Positions 37,766 through 52,513 are shown, counted from the first letter of the stretch. The stretch is DNA of 64,000 nt from Octopus sinensis (GCF_006345805.1 NC_043005.1:22878001-22942000), one strand, 5' to 3'. Translations and numbers: made by a program. The notes: generated by a model from the letters alone, not told the origin.

Positions 37766-37955
37766 TTACATTATTTACATTATTTTCATTATTTATATTT
37801 GACGGATATTTCTCCTCATTTTGTCCTGATGAAGGCCTGAGGGTATATCAGCTGAAATGTTGTGTTAACCACAAACAAGATGAGGACAAAAATCTGTCAA
37901 ATGCAAATAATGTAAATAATGTACATAACTGCTCATCTCTTAAATATAGAACTGT
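37766..37955 (+). mobile_element. Hammerhead-like tail fragment with inverted 5' copy
   Basis: CTGATGA 37826-37832, ctga/tcag stem, GAAA 37854-37857; 37766-37824 is the reverse complement of the downstream tail. Confidence 0.6.
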
Positions 37956-38879
37956 ATTAGATAAATAATATAAACAACCAAATTAAAACACAACTTACCT
38001 GGTGTTGTATATGATAATAAAATAGAAACATGCTATTGTGGAAATCATTTCCTGACATGTGTTAATGTGCTAAAAATAAAAGACCTGCACACCAAATACA
38101 CTTTCGGCATTATAACTGTTATCATTGGAGCAATGATCTGCTTGGATTAACCTGGGTTCTTGATTAAAGAATATAGCTCCATAATTCATACCCCACAGAA
38201 GATATGTCCCCTTGGTCATGTCAAAAACGATAAAAATCTTCTGGACCTTAAAATTTAAAGCATAAATGATTGTGCAAAAAACAAAACAAACATATTGTAT
38301 GCATATCTTTCCTTAACAACCTTGCCACTGAACAGATGGCCAGTCAAATAATCTACCAAACTCCAGTTAGGAAAAGAAAACAACACCTTATTAGCCGGTA
38401 GAATTACAAGAGATTTAGGAAAATACTTTATATTTTCTGGCTCTTGACATTCTGATTTCAAATCCTTCCAATATCAACTTTGCTTTTCATCTTTTCAAGG
38501 CTGAAAGAATAAAGAACCAATCAAGACAATGGAATCAGCTAACCCACTCCTTTCAAAAATTTTTAACCCTCTCCCTAAATCAGAAACCATTATTATCCTT
38601 ATGTTGTTGTTTTGTTTTATACAATCTGTTCCTGAGTTTCACCAGAGACCTCAAGTAATAGCAAAGTTGGACATTTTACTGTGGGTTTTAATCATGAAAA
38701 GCAATGACATATTCCAAGGAAAGGAGACCAAATATTCGGAATTAAAATTCCATTAAGAGTTTGTGGTAATATTTGTGATTTTACAAGATTCATGTATTCT
38801 CAAAGTGTTGACATTCGGATATGGGCTGTACCCATCATCATTATCATTTTTTAACATCCATTTCCCATTCTGCCTTGGG

Positions 38880-39640
38880 GGCAATTTTTTGTAGTTCTGA
38901 CACTTTGCAATTTCCTGGTATTTAACCATATTATTTGAGAATACTATCTGGTAACATACCTAAAGCTCCATTTATCACAGATACACTTGTCATTCTTAGA
39001 TGCCACATTTTTGAAATCTCTATTTCAAGGTTCTTGTATTTAGCTAACTTTTCAAATTATTTTCACACAGGTGTTGTAGTCTGCTGAGTTTGATGTATCT
39101 CTGAGCATAAATTCTGTCAATGTGATTTTTCACCACAATATCTGTTCTTCTCATATGGGAGTCCAAATTGGTGATAAATAGTCCAGTGCAAATACTAACC
39201 AAGTCTATTATGGTGATTAGTATACTCAGTTGTGGCTAACATAAGACAACCAGAGATTAGATGATCAGTTATTTGTCTGTTCATACCCCAGAGGTGGTAG
39301 GAAGGATCAGCACTCTTTTCACAAATCTTGGTTTGGTAATTTCTAGTTGACAGATCTTGAGTTGCTATGATGAAGCCCTCTTTTTCTGATTTACATTCAG
39401 ATGCAGACAGACACTAATGGGTAATATTTATATCAATATCAGAATCACTGACCCTTGTAGAGTATTTACCATGTAGTACCTTCATTTTCCATCTATTATG
39501 CAACTCCAAAATATCATTTGATTTATATATTTCTTTGTGTCTTCTGATATTGTGTGTATTTTCTTCGTACTTTCATGCTTGCAGATTAGTTAAAGCATTC
39601 ACTCACTAGTGTCTTTTAGATAAATGTCTAACTCATGGTT
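38880..39640 (-). mobile_element. R4/Dong-like LINE C-terminal fragment (restriction-like endonuclease)
   Basis: Reverse strand HGKYSTRV..KEGFIIATQD, DIVVK, AKYKNLEIEISKMWHL..SVINGALGM. Confidence 0.75.
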
Positions 39641-40494
39641 GCTGTCTTTGACACAATTGCAGTCCACATCCTCTATCTTTTCAAGGGATATATACTTTGT
39701 CTTCATCTACCTTTGGGTGATGTGTGTAAAGCATTGCAAGAAAATTGCATATATTTGTGATAATCTTCATCATCATTGTTATCATCGTTATCATTGCTGT
39801 ACTCTAGAAGACCCACCCACCACAACAGAATTGAGATTCTAAAACCAAAGTGCCACATAAAAGCACTAGTGTGAGTGCTAGTGCCACATAGATAGCACTG
39901 GTGTTGGTGCCACATAAAAAGCGTGGGTGATGGTATCACATACAAAGCACCCAGTACACTCTGTAAAGTGGTTGGCATTAGGAAGGGTATCCAACCATAG
40001 AAATCAAACTAAAACAGACTATGGAACCTGGTGTGACCTCTAGCCTTGCCAGTTCCTGTCAAGCAGTCCAACCCATGCCTGTGTGAAAAACAGATATTAA
40101 ATATTGACGATGATGATATACACACACATGAAGATGATACATGCATGCATGCATGGACACACACACGCACATACCTACATACATACAACAAAAATACGAA
40201 TGGATAAAATTATATCTTTAATTTGTGGCTCCACCATACGATGCCAACAATCATTTCTGGTGTAACATCATATTTAGATACAGAAAATATCAGTCAAATT
40301 AATATATCCAAAATACATGTTAATACATTATCAAGGCAATCCAAAATTGGTTAAATTGAAAGCAAACTAAAAAAATATCTTTAGTAGACAAAGGCATACA
40401 AAAAGAACATTTTCCACAATTGTATCACTTTGTACTCTTTTAACACTGAGTGCTTTACTGATATCTGCCTTGATGTTTTTTAATCTCTTTTTCT

Positions 40495-40526
<32 letters not shown>

Positions 40527-41565
40527 GCATTCATACACAAGCAATATCCATTTTATGCACAACACATTAGAACTGAAATGATTTTGATTATTAGAAAGCC
40601 TTACAATGGGCAGTAATAAGAGTGTAAATACATTCTTTGTTTTAATCTGATGAATAGAAATGTTTATTGGCTGCTCTCAGAAAAAAATATATCTGACTTC
40701 CTTAGGCACAGAAAATTATATCAGTCAAATACCAAAATATTAGCCACTTTCTGAACCTTGATTCAAAATTCATACATTAAATTCACATGTATAATGAATT
40801 GGAAATTATTTTACCTTTTGTATTCAATAATTTATTATCTGTAGTTTTAGTCCGGGTGTGTAGTTTTTATGTTGCCCATCTGAATTGATCTAGTGTTAAT
40901 GATTATGACTTTATGACCTAATTTCAAATTTAGATTGTTCATTCTTGATTTCTTTCATCAATTAAGGATTAGTTAATGTTTGTTCTTAAGTTGCACTATC
41001 TTTGAAAATTCATTTCATCATTGTTATCATCATCATCATCATTTAATATCTGTGTTCCATGTTGGCATGGGTTGGATGATTCAACAGGCTCCAAGAAGCC
41101 AGGGGACAACATGTATTTTGGTTTCTTATATAGTTTCAGTAATCAGTTTTCTAGTTTTATCTGGGATGTGGGTGGATTGATTCTATATGAAACGGTTGTA
41201 TTTGCCAATTAACATATTTTTATTTAGTTTTTATGTTTCATTGAAGCACAATATGTTACAGATACACATTTAAAAGATCAATATAAAATATAATGTCATG
41301 AAATTAAAATTTGTTTGTATACAGATTTGAAGTTTATTCTTCAGCTGATAGAATTATTCAGTTGTTAGGATTTTATTGTTTTTTTTTAATGTGTGATATA
41401 TTATTAGTGTTAGTTTATGAATGGATTTAATGTATGAGATGTTCAACTTTGTAATGAAACTAAACATCAACTGAATCAAATTCATTTGTTTGGGAAGGCT
41501 TACAAAAGTGATAGATCTCTCTCATTCTCAAATTAATTATAAACTAGTTAACTTGTCTATAGATC

Positions 41566-42120
41566 TGTAGTGACGTCATATTCCAGTGTGCGTACACGCA
41601 ACGTCATTCTTCAGTGTGCGTGTGCGGAACGTCACCTTTGTAGTGACGTCATGTTCCAGTGTGCGCACACACAACGTCATTCTTCAGTGTGCGTGTGCGG
41701 AACGTCCTTCTTCAGTGTGCGTGTGTGGGGTTGGAACCTTCTGGAAAGGCATAAGGAAGTTCCCTCATGCACATGCGCTAGAGACTGAAGAAGAAATTTC
41801 TATTCGCGTTCCTTAATAGCGTCGGGGACTTGAGACACGGCGATAGAAGAGAAAGGACGTATTTTCATACGTGTGATCAGCCTATTCTCCTGTCCCAGAC
41901 GCTTAGGATTTTAACCTGTTCTATTGCTGCTGAATTGTTGTAAGAAGCTTACAAAAGTTAGAATTCAGCCTTGCTGTGTTGAACTAGGTGGATACCAGTA
42001 TACCATCATGTTTCATTGTTGATTAAGAGAATAAAGAATTGTATATATGTTTAAACTTGCGTTTCGTTCCTGACTGGTAGTTTCTAGAAACAAAAAATGT
42101 CGGGCTAAGAGATCCTTACA
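41566..42120 (+). mobile_element. Solo LTR (555 bp)
   Basis: GATC|TGTAG...CTTACA|GATC: TG..CA ends, TGTA/TACA inverted termini, 4-bp TSD, AATAAA near 42029, internal 73-bp tandem repeat. Confidence 0.78.
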
Positions 42121-42463
42121 GATCCTTAACCAAATTTTCAAGAAATTATGTCATCTTTAAAAAAAATGAAGAATACATTGGATAATGTATATTATGTCTG
42201 GAAAAAAGACAAGAGGATGTGCTTAGAGTGCTTTTAACTAGATTTTGTTATTCTTTTTTTTAATACACACCGTTGGAGCTGCCCATTTTACTTATTCCAC
42301 TTTTTGGATGACTCCAATTTTCTCTAATCTGTCTAATTGTTCATTGATATGTTTTATTACAGCAAAAGGTTCCATTCTTTTAGGTTTGAACACTGGTACT
42401 GTGTTTTCCTTAATTTGGAAATATGTCTCTATCTTAGAACACAAACCTAATTTATCTAACAAC

Positions 42464-45220
42464 CTCGACCCAAAATATGGTGCAAAGTCCCCTCTTGACC
42501 CAAAATATGGTGCAAAGTCCCCTCTCGGCCCAAAATAACGTTGTGGTGGAACAATGCTGTTGACAGGGCTATTAGACAAAAGAAACTGGCTTGGTAGGAC
42601 TGGAAGAACGGTGGTAGCAGGGAAGTGTATCAGACTGCCAGAAGGGAAGCTAGGAGGCAGGTTTATTTAGCCAGAGGGGAAGCAGATAAGAAAAAATTTG
42701 CCAATGTTCTGCACCGTGAGGACCAAAGACTTGAGATATTTCGTGTTGCACGACAGTGTAAGAGAGAATCGTGATGTGGTAGGAGAGAAATGTGTTCGCA
42801 TGGATGATGGTTCACTTGCGCTAAATGAGGATGCAAAGAGAGAGGTTTGGAGACACCACTATGAAAGGTTGCTGAATAAAGAAAATGAATGGGAGAAAGA
42901 GATTCTGCCAAATGTTGACCTAACAGAGAGACCAGCTATCCGAGTTGACAGTACCTTGGTAGATAAGGCAATTAGAAGTATGAAGACAGGGAAAGCTCCC
43001 GGCCCATCAGGAATTACTGTAGAGATGCTCAAAATATCTGGCAGTGTTGGCTATAGCCTAGTCACCCGTATAGTTAACCAGGGGATACACGAAGGAGTCA
43101 TACCCAATGACTGGTGTAGCAGCATAATAGTCAACTGCTACAAAGGTAAAGGTGACGCTTTAGATACAAATAATTACAGAGGTATTAAGCTGTTGGATCA
43201 GGTAATGAAGGTCACTGAGAGGGTCATAGCCCAACTGATTAGGGAAAGAGTTAGCTTGGTTGAGATGCAGTTTGGTTTCATGCCAGGAAAAGCACCACTG
43301 ATGCCATATTTCTGGTAAGACAGCTGCAGGAGAAATACCTAGCCAAAGATAAGCCTCTGTACCTGGTTTTCATTGACATGGAGAAAGCCTTTGACAGGGT
43401 CCCCCAATCCCTTATCTGGTGGTCAATGAGATAACTAGGGATAGATGAATAGTTAGTGAGAGCTGTGCAAGCCATGTACAGGGATGCTGTAAGTAAGGTG
43501 ATGGTTGGCAATGAGTACAGTGAAGAATTCAAGGTAGAGGTAGGGGTCCACCAAGGTTCAGTCCTCAGCCCCCCTCATATTTATTATAGTCCTCCAGGCA
43601 ATAATGGAGGAATTCAAGACAGGATGCCCCTGGGAGCTCCTCTATGCTGATGACCTTGCTCTAATTGCTGAGTCACTATCAGAACTAGAGAATTTTCAAG
43701 TGTGGAAACAAGGATTAGAATTGAAGGGCCTTAGAATCAACCTAGCTAAAACCAAAGTCCTAATAAGTAGAAAGGCAGACAAACCATAAATCCCTTCAGG
43801 TAGATGGCCCTGCTCAATCTGTAGTAGAGGCATAGATAGAAACTCTATAAGATGTACCAAGTGCAAGCTTTGGACACATAAGAGATGCAGTAATATCAAA
43901 GGAAGGCTAACTGGGAAGATAGTTTTTGTATGTGGCAGATGCTCGGGAGCAATAAACACTGATAATGTGCAGAGAACAACTTCAGCCACATTCCAGGGAG
44001 AAAAACTAGTAGTTGATAGCTTCCGTTACCTAGATGACCAAGTCAGTAGCGGAGGAGGGTGCGCTGAAAGTGTAGCTGCTAGAACAAGAATAGCCTGGGC
44101 AAAGTTCAGAGAGCTCTTACCTCTGCTGGTGACAAAGGGCCTCTCGCTCAGAGTAAAAGGTAGACTGTATGACGCTTGTGTACAAACAGCCATACTACAT
44201 GGCAGTGAAACATGGGCTGTGACTGCTGAGGACATGCGTAAGCTCGCAAGGAATGAAGCCAGTATGATCCGATGGATGTGGAAAATCAGTGTGCATACTC
44301 AACAGAGTGTAAGTACCTTGAGAGAAAAGTTGGACCTAAGAAGCATCAGATGTAGTGTGCAAGAGAGATGACTGCACTGGTATGGTCATGTGGTGAGAAT
44401 GGAGGAGGATAGCTGTGTGAAAAAGTGCCACATCCTAGTGGTTGAGGGAACCTGTGGAAGCGGTAGACCCAGGAAGACCTGGGATGAAGTTTAGGCCTCA
44501 CCAAGGAAATGACTAGTGACCGAGACTTTTGAAAATATGCTGTGCTTGAGAAGACCTGGCAAGCCAAATGGGACCATAACCAGCTCACCTATGCATACCT
44601 TTTCCTTCTTTGGACACTAAACTCTGCTTACGAAGACCTGTTGAGGCAAATGAAATCAAAATCAAATTCAATGACTAGCAAAGTGCAAAGAGCACCATAG
44701 GAGTGTGATCGTTGTCAGAGAGGCTAACCAGCTTCCGTGCCAGTGACACATAAAAGGCACCATTCGAGTGTGATCATCACCAGCGTCGCCTTACAGGCAT
44801 TTGTGCCTGTGCTAGTAGGGTGCCAAGAACACCATCCGAGCATGATCGTTGCCACAGAGCACCATCTGAAAGTGATCGTTGCCAGAGTGGCTAACTGGCT
44901 TCCGTGCCGGTGGCATGTAAAAGGGCACCATTCGAGCATGATCATTACCAGCGTCACCTTACTGGCACCTGTGACAGTGGCATGTGTAAAAAGATTTGAG
45001 CGAGGTCATTGCCAGTACAGCCTGACTGGCCCCCGTGCCGGTGGCACATAAAAAGCACCCACTACACTCTCGGAGTGGTTGGCATTAGGAAGGGCATCCA
45101 GCTGTAGAAACTCTGCCAGATCAAGATTGGAGCCTGGTGCAGCCATCCAGTTCGCCAGCCCTCAGTCAAAATCGTCCAACCCATGCTAGCATGGAAAGCG
45201 GACGTTAAACGATGATGATG
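42464..45220 (+). mobile_element. RTE LINE (duplicate of 462-3219)
   Basis: Colinear; one extra 1-nt deletion near 43285. Confidence 0.95.
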
Positions 45221-47580
45221 ACTTAAGGAAAAGCATTTTAAAATTTTTTCTTCAATTCATCTGATACCTTATTCTTACTGGAGGAACAATCATTTATGTA
45301 ATTACAGAACAGATTTATAGAGAAGTCCCATAAATCAAGCAACTCCATTCAGTCAGCACCAAACGAGTTTGTTGCATTTTTTAACACAAACACTTTTGCA
45401 TTATAGGTTTTTTGCCTAAGAAGTGTAATCTTTCACCTGTGATGCCTCGCAAACTTTTCAATGTTTACTATAATGTAAGTTTCCCAATTTTCCGAGTTTG
45501 GCTAGTCCATTCTCACAGGGGTGTCATGATTCTTGCCATAACATCATCATACCCAGAAAAATAAAACTAGGATTTTTCATAATAATAATAATAATTATAA
45601 TAATAATAATAATGGTTTCAAATTTTGCCACAAGAGCAGCAATCTTGTAGGAGGGGATAAGTCAATTACATCAATTCCAGTGTTTCATTGGTACTTAATT
45701 TATTGACTCCGAAAGGAGGAAAGGCAAAGTCGACCTAGGTGGAATTGAACAGAGAACATAGTGACAGGCGAAATACCACTAAGCATTTTGTCCAGCATGC
45801 TAATGATTCTGCCAGCTCACTGCTTTAATAATAATAATAATAATAATTCTTTCTACTATAAACACAATGCCTGAAATTTGTAGGAAGGTGCCATTCAACT
45901 ACAGGCAAAATGTCGCTGCGTATTTCATTTGTCTTTATGTTAGTATAACTGTTAATGACTCTGCCAGATTACACTGTATTGTTGCTGTTGAGTGTAGCGG
46001 TCTTCCTCCCAGAGCTCACAAGATCGCACCTCTGTAGTGGGAGAAGTCCAAAATGTGGTCCTTTGCTATTTGTAAGACCCGCAGAAGAGAAAGCAGGTCA
46101 ACCCCCAACACCAAGAGCATTGACAGATGGATGAATGCGCATCAAGGCTCAGCGGTTGTGTAGGAAGTCGGGGACAAGAAACAGGGAGAAAGAGTGAGAG
46201 AAAGTTCGGGCGAAAGAATATAACAGGGGCGCCACCACCCCCTGCCGTAGCCTCGTGGAGCTTTAGGTGTTTTCGCTCAACAAACACACATAACGCTCGG
46301 TCTGGGAATTGAAACCGCGATCATCCGACCACAAGTCCGCTGCCCTAACCATTGGGCCATTGCACCTCCATGCTGTTGTTGTTGTTGGTGGTTTCTGATT
46401 TTGGCACAAAACCTTAAGTTCGGGGAAGACGGTTAGTTGATATTATTGACCTAAGTAATTGATTGGTGCCCATGGGCATATGGCATAGTGGTTAAGAGCA
46501 TGGGATACTAACCTCAAGATTCCAAGTTCAATTCCAGGCAGTGACCTGAATAATAATAATAATAATAATAACAACAACAACAACATCAAAAAAATACCTT
46601 AGGAATGAGAACCCAAGTTTGAAATTTCCCCAAGATACCTGATGAACAAATAAGATGAGGACAAATATCCGTCAAAGGTAAATAATGTACATAATTCCTC
46701 ATCTCTTAAATATAGAATTGACTGAAGCTTATTCAATGACCCCTGAGAGATAGAGGCAAAGTTGACTTCAGTGGGAATCGAACTCAGAATGCTACAAGAC
46801 ACTCTAATGAATCAGCCAGCTCATCATCAGTTTTTTCATGCTTGACAAGTATGATGCTTTTCATTGAGGCAGATTTTCTAGTTCTGGATGTTTCCCTTGT
46901 CACTAACTTCCACCTGATTCTAAGCACCTGATTCTTAATATTTTTCCTTGGTTAGACATGTTTTCATGGAAGATTGATGGTGACACTTGTTTACAACTAC
47001 CATGCAATGTCAAGACAAAGAAACACACAAACACACACCTTTTCTCACATCTTTCAGCAATATACAGTAATCTGTTGTTAAGGCTAATGTACAATCCAGT
47101 TTAACATTATTACCAGTTTTTAGGTGCCTTTCAAAGAATTCTTTTTGTTACAAGTGTTCATATCAGATCCATGAATTCCGTCAGCACCTGTCTTTAGAGT
47201 GGCTTTTTTTTTTTCTAGAAACATTAACCTGCAGTATTCAAAATAACATCAGTCACATTTGTTTTGACATCCTGAAAGTGTAGTTTGCAGAGGTCAAGCC
47301 CACTGCAGCTTCTCATTTCTTCTTCTTCCCCATTGTCATCATCGTCACCATCATCACTATCATAGATCAGACAGAATTCACTGAGACAGCTTTTCTACAA
47401 TTTCATGTCCTTCCTGTCACCAAGTCCCACTTGTTTCCAAGCAAGATAATATTTTCCCATGCCCAGATATGTTTTTCATGGAATGTTAACTTTTACTGGT
47501 ACAATAGTGATACTCGTTTACAACTCTCGCACAATGTTGAGACAAGGAGGCACAAACACATACACATTTATACATACATA

Positions 47581-48405
47581 TGAGGTGGGATCAAAAAGTT
47601 CCCAGGTTAGTTATGGCTAATAATCATCTCCTTCAAAACAGCCACCTTACACTGGTCTCAGTGTTCCTGCCAATTTTGGAATCCAGCCTGGAAGTCGTTT
47701 TCTGTAAGCTAGTCGAGGACCTTCTGTGATTTGCTCTGGATCTCAACAACAGTATTAAAACAGTAACCTTTGAGCTACATTTTCATCTTGGAGAAGAGAT
47801 GGAAGTCCACAGGTGCTAAATCTGGCAAATAAGGTGGGTGCAAAAGCAATACCAAGGTGTTTCAGGCAAAGAACTCATGAGTGAGAAGGGCTCAGTAACA
47901 GGGTGCATTATCATCATGTAGAATCCAATTCTTCGCTCTCCACAGATCTGGTCACTTTCACTGAATGTCTTCTCTCAAACACTTCAAAACCTCTCAGTAG
48001 AACTCTCAATGTGATGGTCTAGCCCTGGGGAACAAATTCCCGATGCACAATACTACAGGTGTTGAAAAAAACGTCCAGGGACATTCTTCTGCTTTTGAAG
48101 TGCCTATACCACTTGAAACATTGTGTATGACCCATTGACAAAGCATGTTCGATGTTTCAGTAGCAGAGTTCCCAAGTTTAATGCAAAATTTCATGTTGGC
48201 TCTTTGTTCCAACTTCCTGTCCAAGACAAAAATTGAAGACTACAGCATACGTATGATAACAGAAACTTGCAAAGTAAACACAGCGATGTCACTTGGCACA
48301 TTGCCTCATGAAGGTCACTACTAACTCTCACTATGCACACAACCATGCACTGCCATCTGTTGGTGCAATACAGATCTAATCCAGGAACTTTTTGATACCA
48401 CCTCA
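47581..48405 (-). mobile_element. Deleted mariner (duplicate of 5581-6405)
   Basis: Same TIRs and TA flanks. Confidence 0.9.
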
Positions 48406-48630
48406 TATATATAAAGATGTGTGTGAGACAGGCTTCTTTCAGCAAATGCTAATTCCATTCACAAGGCTTTCATCAAGAGTTATTGTAGAAGATACTTGCC
48501 TAAATTGTCACACAAAAGAACTGAACCTGGAACCACATGATTGAGAAACAAACTTCTTAACCACACTGCCAGGTTTGCACAGCCACTACCTTACAAAAAT
48601 AAACACTAACAGTTAAATTGCAGAATATTC

Positions 48631-48718
<88 letters not shown>

Positions 48719-49059
48719 TCTCTCTCTCCATCTCTATCTTTCTCTTTTCCATCTTTCTCTCTCTATCATTCATATATTGACAAAAAAAGTAACCAAACAA
48801 ATTTTATATATTAGAAAAAGGAATTATTTTATTTGATTTTATTTTCCTTAAATATAAAAAATGTTGTTTTAATTTTTAATAGCATTATATGAATATGATT
48901 AATATAAAATGTAACATGGAAATATCCTTGGTATGAAAGCAGTTTTACTTTAGTTTGTTTGATTTTTTCCCCCATTTAAGTATGTTTTTTCTTTATCTTT
49001 TTTTCAAATCTCCTTTTCATCAGCCTACCCCATCCAATACACGAATATCAGATACAACA

Positions 49060-49197
49060 TCATATAGAGTAACTCCCAAAGAATCCTTTCATTTGTGTGT
49101 CAGCATCTAACAATGGATTTCTTTCTTCCATTTGCAATTTGGTCAGACCATATTCCTTGATATCTTCAAATATTTTAATGAAAAACAGTAAGAGGCC
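49060..49197 (-). CDS. SLC18B1: SLC18B1-like last coding exon (copy 2)
   Basis: Identical to 7065-7202. Confidence 0.8.
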   Translation of the reverse strand, partial: GLLLFFIKIFEDIKEYGLTKLQMEERNPLLDADTQMKGFFGSYSI

Positions 49198-51491
49198 CTT
49201 AAAAGAGAAATAAAGAGGGTAACATCAATATCACCATCCTAAGCATTATAATCATGTTAATCATCATCATCATTGTCATCTCCATCATCATTATCATCTT
49301 CATCATCCATTCTTTCCACTAATCCAATAAGCCATTAGAAAATATAAAGATCTCAAAATCAAACTGCTTAACATTTTATAGTTGGGTAATTCTCACACAT
49401 TCACATGCACACACAAGTAGTGCACGTATAGAAACAATTACATACACATATCAAAAAAATATAGGCTTTGAAATAACTTCTATCATTTTTATAAAAGCTC
49501 AAGTTTGTAAAAGACACTATATTCAAGTGAACATCACATTTTTTAACTCATTTATTTTATCATCTTCAAAGTAACCAATGGGTTTGGAACTCAGAATTTC
49601 AAAGGGCACAACTAGTTTCCTCCTCTAACTGCCTTCCCTTGATAAGGATTTTTAACTAACATCAATACACGGTCAATATTTAGGGTGGTAGACCTAATCT
49701 CTTATCCAATTAAATGCTACCATAAGCAGCCCTTTCTTTTCCTCATCAGTTCCTGCAAAAAAAAAAATACAGGAGTTGCTCTTCCTTCTTTCACTGAGCC
49801 ATTGAAAAAGAGTCAATTAGATTGACTCCAGTATATCACTAATACATATATTACTATCCTTAGGAGAGGAATGTAGTAGTTAACTTCACCCTAAGAGATG
49901 AAGCTAACCACTGCAGTTCATAAAAGGACATAATTAAGTACTGTAAGATATTTAACATAGCATTCTACAGTTTGTGCCATTCATTGTGCCCACTAATAAA
50001 TAGTGGTTTCTATCATAGCCTCACAGCTACAAAATTTGGGAGACAGTTGATTGCATCAATCCTAGTGTCCCTGGAAGGATGAAAACAAAGTCAACTTCAA
50101 CAGGATTTGAACTCAGAATGTAACAAAGTATTTTGTAATTTTGTATGATTCACTAATAATTTTATGATAATAATTCTTTTCGCCAGAGATTTTAAGGGAG
50201 GGACCAAGTCAATTACATCGACCCCAGTGTTCAACTGGTACATATTTTATCAACCATGAAAGGGTGAAAGGCAAAGTCAACCTTGACAGCATCTGAACTC
50301 AAAACAAAGCCAGAAAAAATGTTAGTGAGCATTTTTCCCAGTGTGTTAATGATTCTGCCAGCTTGCTGCCTTAATAATAATAATAATAATAATAATAATG
50401 GCTGTGATGATGACGATAACAACAATGACATCCAGTTTGTGCACTACAGGCCAACAGACCAGATATTGTTGTAAAAAAAATCAAATTATCTAGGGATAAC
50501 TGAGGAAACCCATGGCCCAAAATCTTGCTGAACACCTAAGGCAAGTGACCTCTCCAATTCTTTTTCTCTGACACAGGTCTACACTTAGAGTGGTACCATC
50601 TACTCTTACCATTTTTGCAACTTTCATCCACCTTTCAATGAATTCACTCGAGGACAGAACCTTCCTCTTCACCCTCAAGTTTCACTTGCAAAAGTCAATG
50701 AGAACTCTACCAAAGATGAATGTTTCTGTACTCATGCCTTTCAATCTTGTCCACTATACAACCTCTTTTGCCACAGTCACCAGGCAAAGGAAAACTAGTC
50801 AAGCAGTAACTGGGTCAGGTGAAAAATGATAATGGAGGCAATGTAGACATTTACTACTTCTGCCTGATTTTTCAAGGACAGCTTCCTTTGTCCATTTCTT
50901 GGTAAGACTGGCAACAGTGTTAGTCACCTCGTCCAAGTTCATATCCACCTTGAGATTAAAAACCAAACCAGACACTCGAGCAGTTTAACTGATCCATCAG
51001 TCGACAATGCCATCCGATGGCATTGACCTACCTCTCCAGGTGCCCAATTGCCAGCCCAACAACTTGTTGGTGTTGATTTTGGTCCCTGCTACTGACTCAT
51101 ATTCCTTTAGAATGGAGCTGACCATCTCCAATTCTGTTAGACTACCACAATCATCATCATTATTGTCAGCACCATCATCATTGCCACTACCACTACCATC
51201 ATCATCATCATTTAATGTCCATGTTCTATACCGATGTAAGTTGGACAGTTTAACAGGACCTGATGGTCCTAAGGACTACATCATGCTCCAGTGTCTGCTT
51301 TGGCATGGTTTCCACAACTGGATGTCCTTCCTAATGCCAACCCTTTCACACCATATACTGGGTATTTTTACGTGTCACCTGCACTAGTTGGGCTGCTATG
51401 CAGTTGGCAAGAAGACAAACCCTGATGAGGCAACTTTATTCTAGGAGATGAGGGGTAAAAGTATGAGAGAAGGGCCAGAGCAGAACAAGTT

Positions 51492-51536
<45 letters not shown>

Positions 51537-51540
51537 TATG

Positions 51541-52513
51541 TGTGTGTAGATATCAAATTGTTGGATGAGGTAATGAAAGTTATGTTGGAGGTTATAGCCC
51601 AATTAATGAAGGAGAGAGTTAGTATAGATGAGATGCAGTTGGGTTTTGTGCCAGGGAGAAGCACCACTGATACTATATTTCTGGTAAGGTAGCCAAAGAT
51701 AAACCTCTGTACTTGGCTTATCTGGTGATCAATGCAGAAACTAGGGACAGACAAGTGGTTGGTGAGAGCTGTACAAACCATGTGCAGGGATTCTATCAGT
51801 AAGGTGAGGGTTGGCAATGAGTACAGTGAAGAATTCAGGGTACATGTAGGCGTCCATCAAGGATCAGTCCTCAGACACCTCTTGTTTGTCATAGTCCTCC
51901 AAGCAATAACAGACATATTTAAGACAGACTGCACCTGGGAGCTCCTCTATGCTGATGACCTTGTTCTTATAACTGAATCACTATCAGAACTAGGGAAGAA
52001 GTTTCAGGTATGGAAGCAAGGTCTAGAATTGAAGGACTTTAGAGTTAACCTAGCAAAAATCAAAGTTGTGGTAAGTAGGAAGGCAGACAAATCACAAATC
52101 CCTTCAGGTAGATGGCCTTGCTCGATCTGTAGAAAAGGTGTAGGTAGAAACTCTATAAGATGTACCCGGTGTAAGCTATGGACACACATGAGGTGCAGCA
52201 ATAGCAGACGAAGGTTAACAGGGAAAATAGTTATTGTGTGTGGAAGATGCACAGGTACTATAAACGTCAAAATGTACAGAAAATAGACTCCATCAACTGC
52301 CAGTGGGGTAAGCTGTAGGTAGTAGATAGCTTCTGTTATCTAGGTAACCAAGTTAGTAGTGGACATGGATGCTCCAAGAGTGTATCTGTGACAATAGGAT
52401 TAGGCTGAGTAAAGTTCAGAGAGCTCCTACCTCTGCTGGCAACAAAGGGCCTCTCCCTCAGAATGAAAGGCAGATTGTATGATGACTGTATATGAACAGC
52501 TATGCTCTGTGGC
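51541..52513 (+). mobile_element. RTE fragment (duplicate of 9545-10517)
   Basis: Colinear; diverges only in the last ~35 bp. Confidence 0.9.

Noticed and set aside
40815-40917. Possible minus-strand exon (ag..AAG|gtaaaa)
   Set aside because: No polypyrimidine tract and no recognisable peptide
34672-41560. Missing 5' exons of the transporter after the gap
   Set aside because: No MFS-like hydrophobic exon with splice sites found; this stretch appears to be sequence downstream of copy 2
41566-42463. LTR and adjacent Gypsy pol relic as one element
   Set aside because: The LTR has its own GATC TSD on both sides and the pol relic is far more decayed and in the opposite orientation
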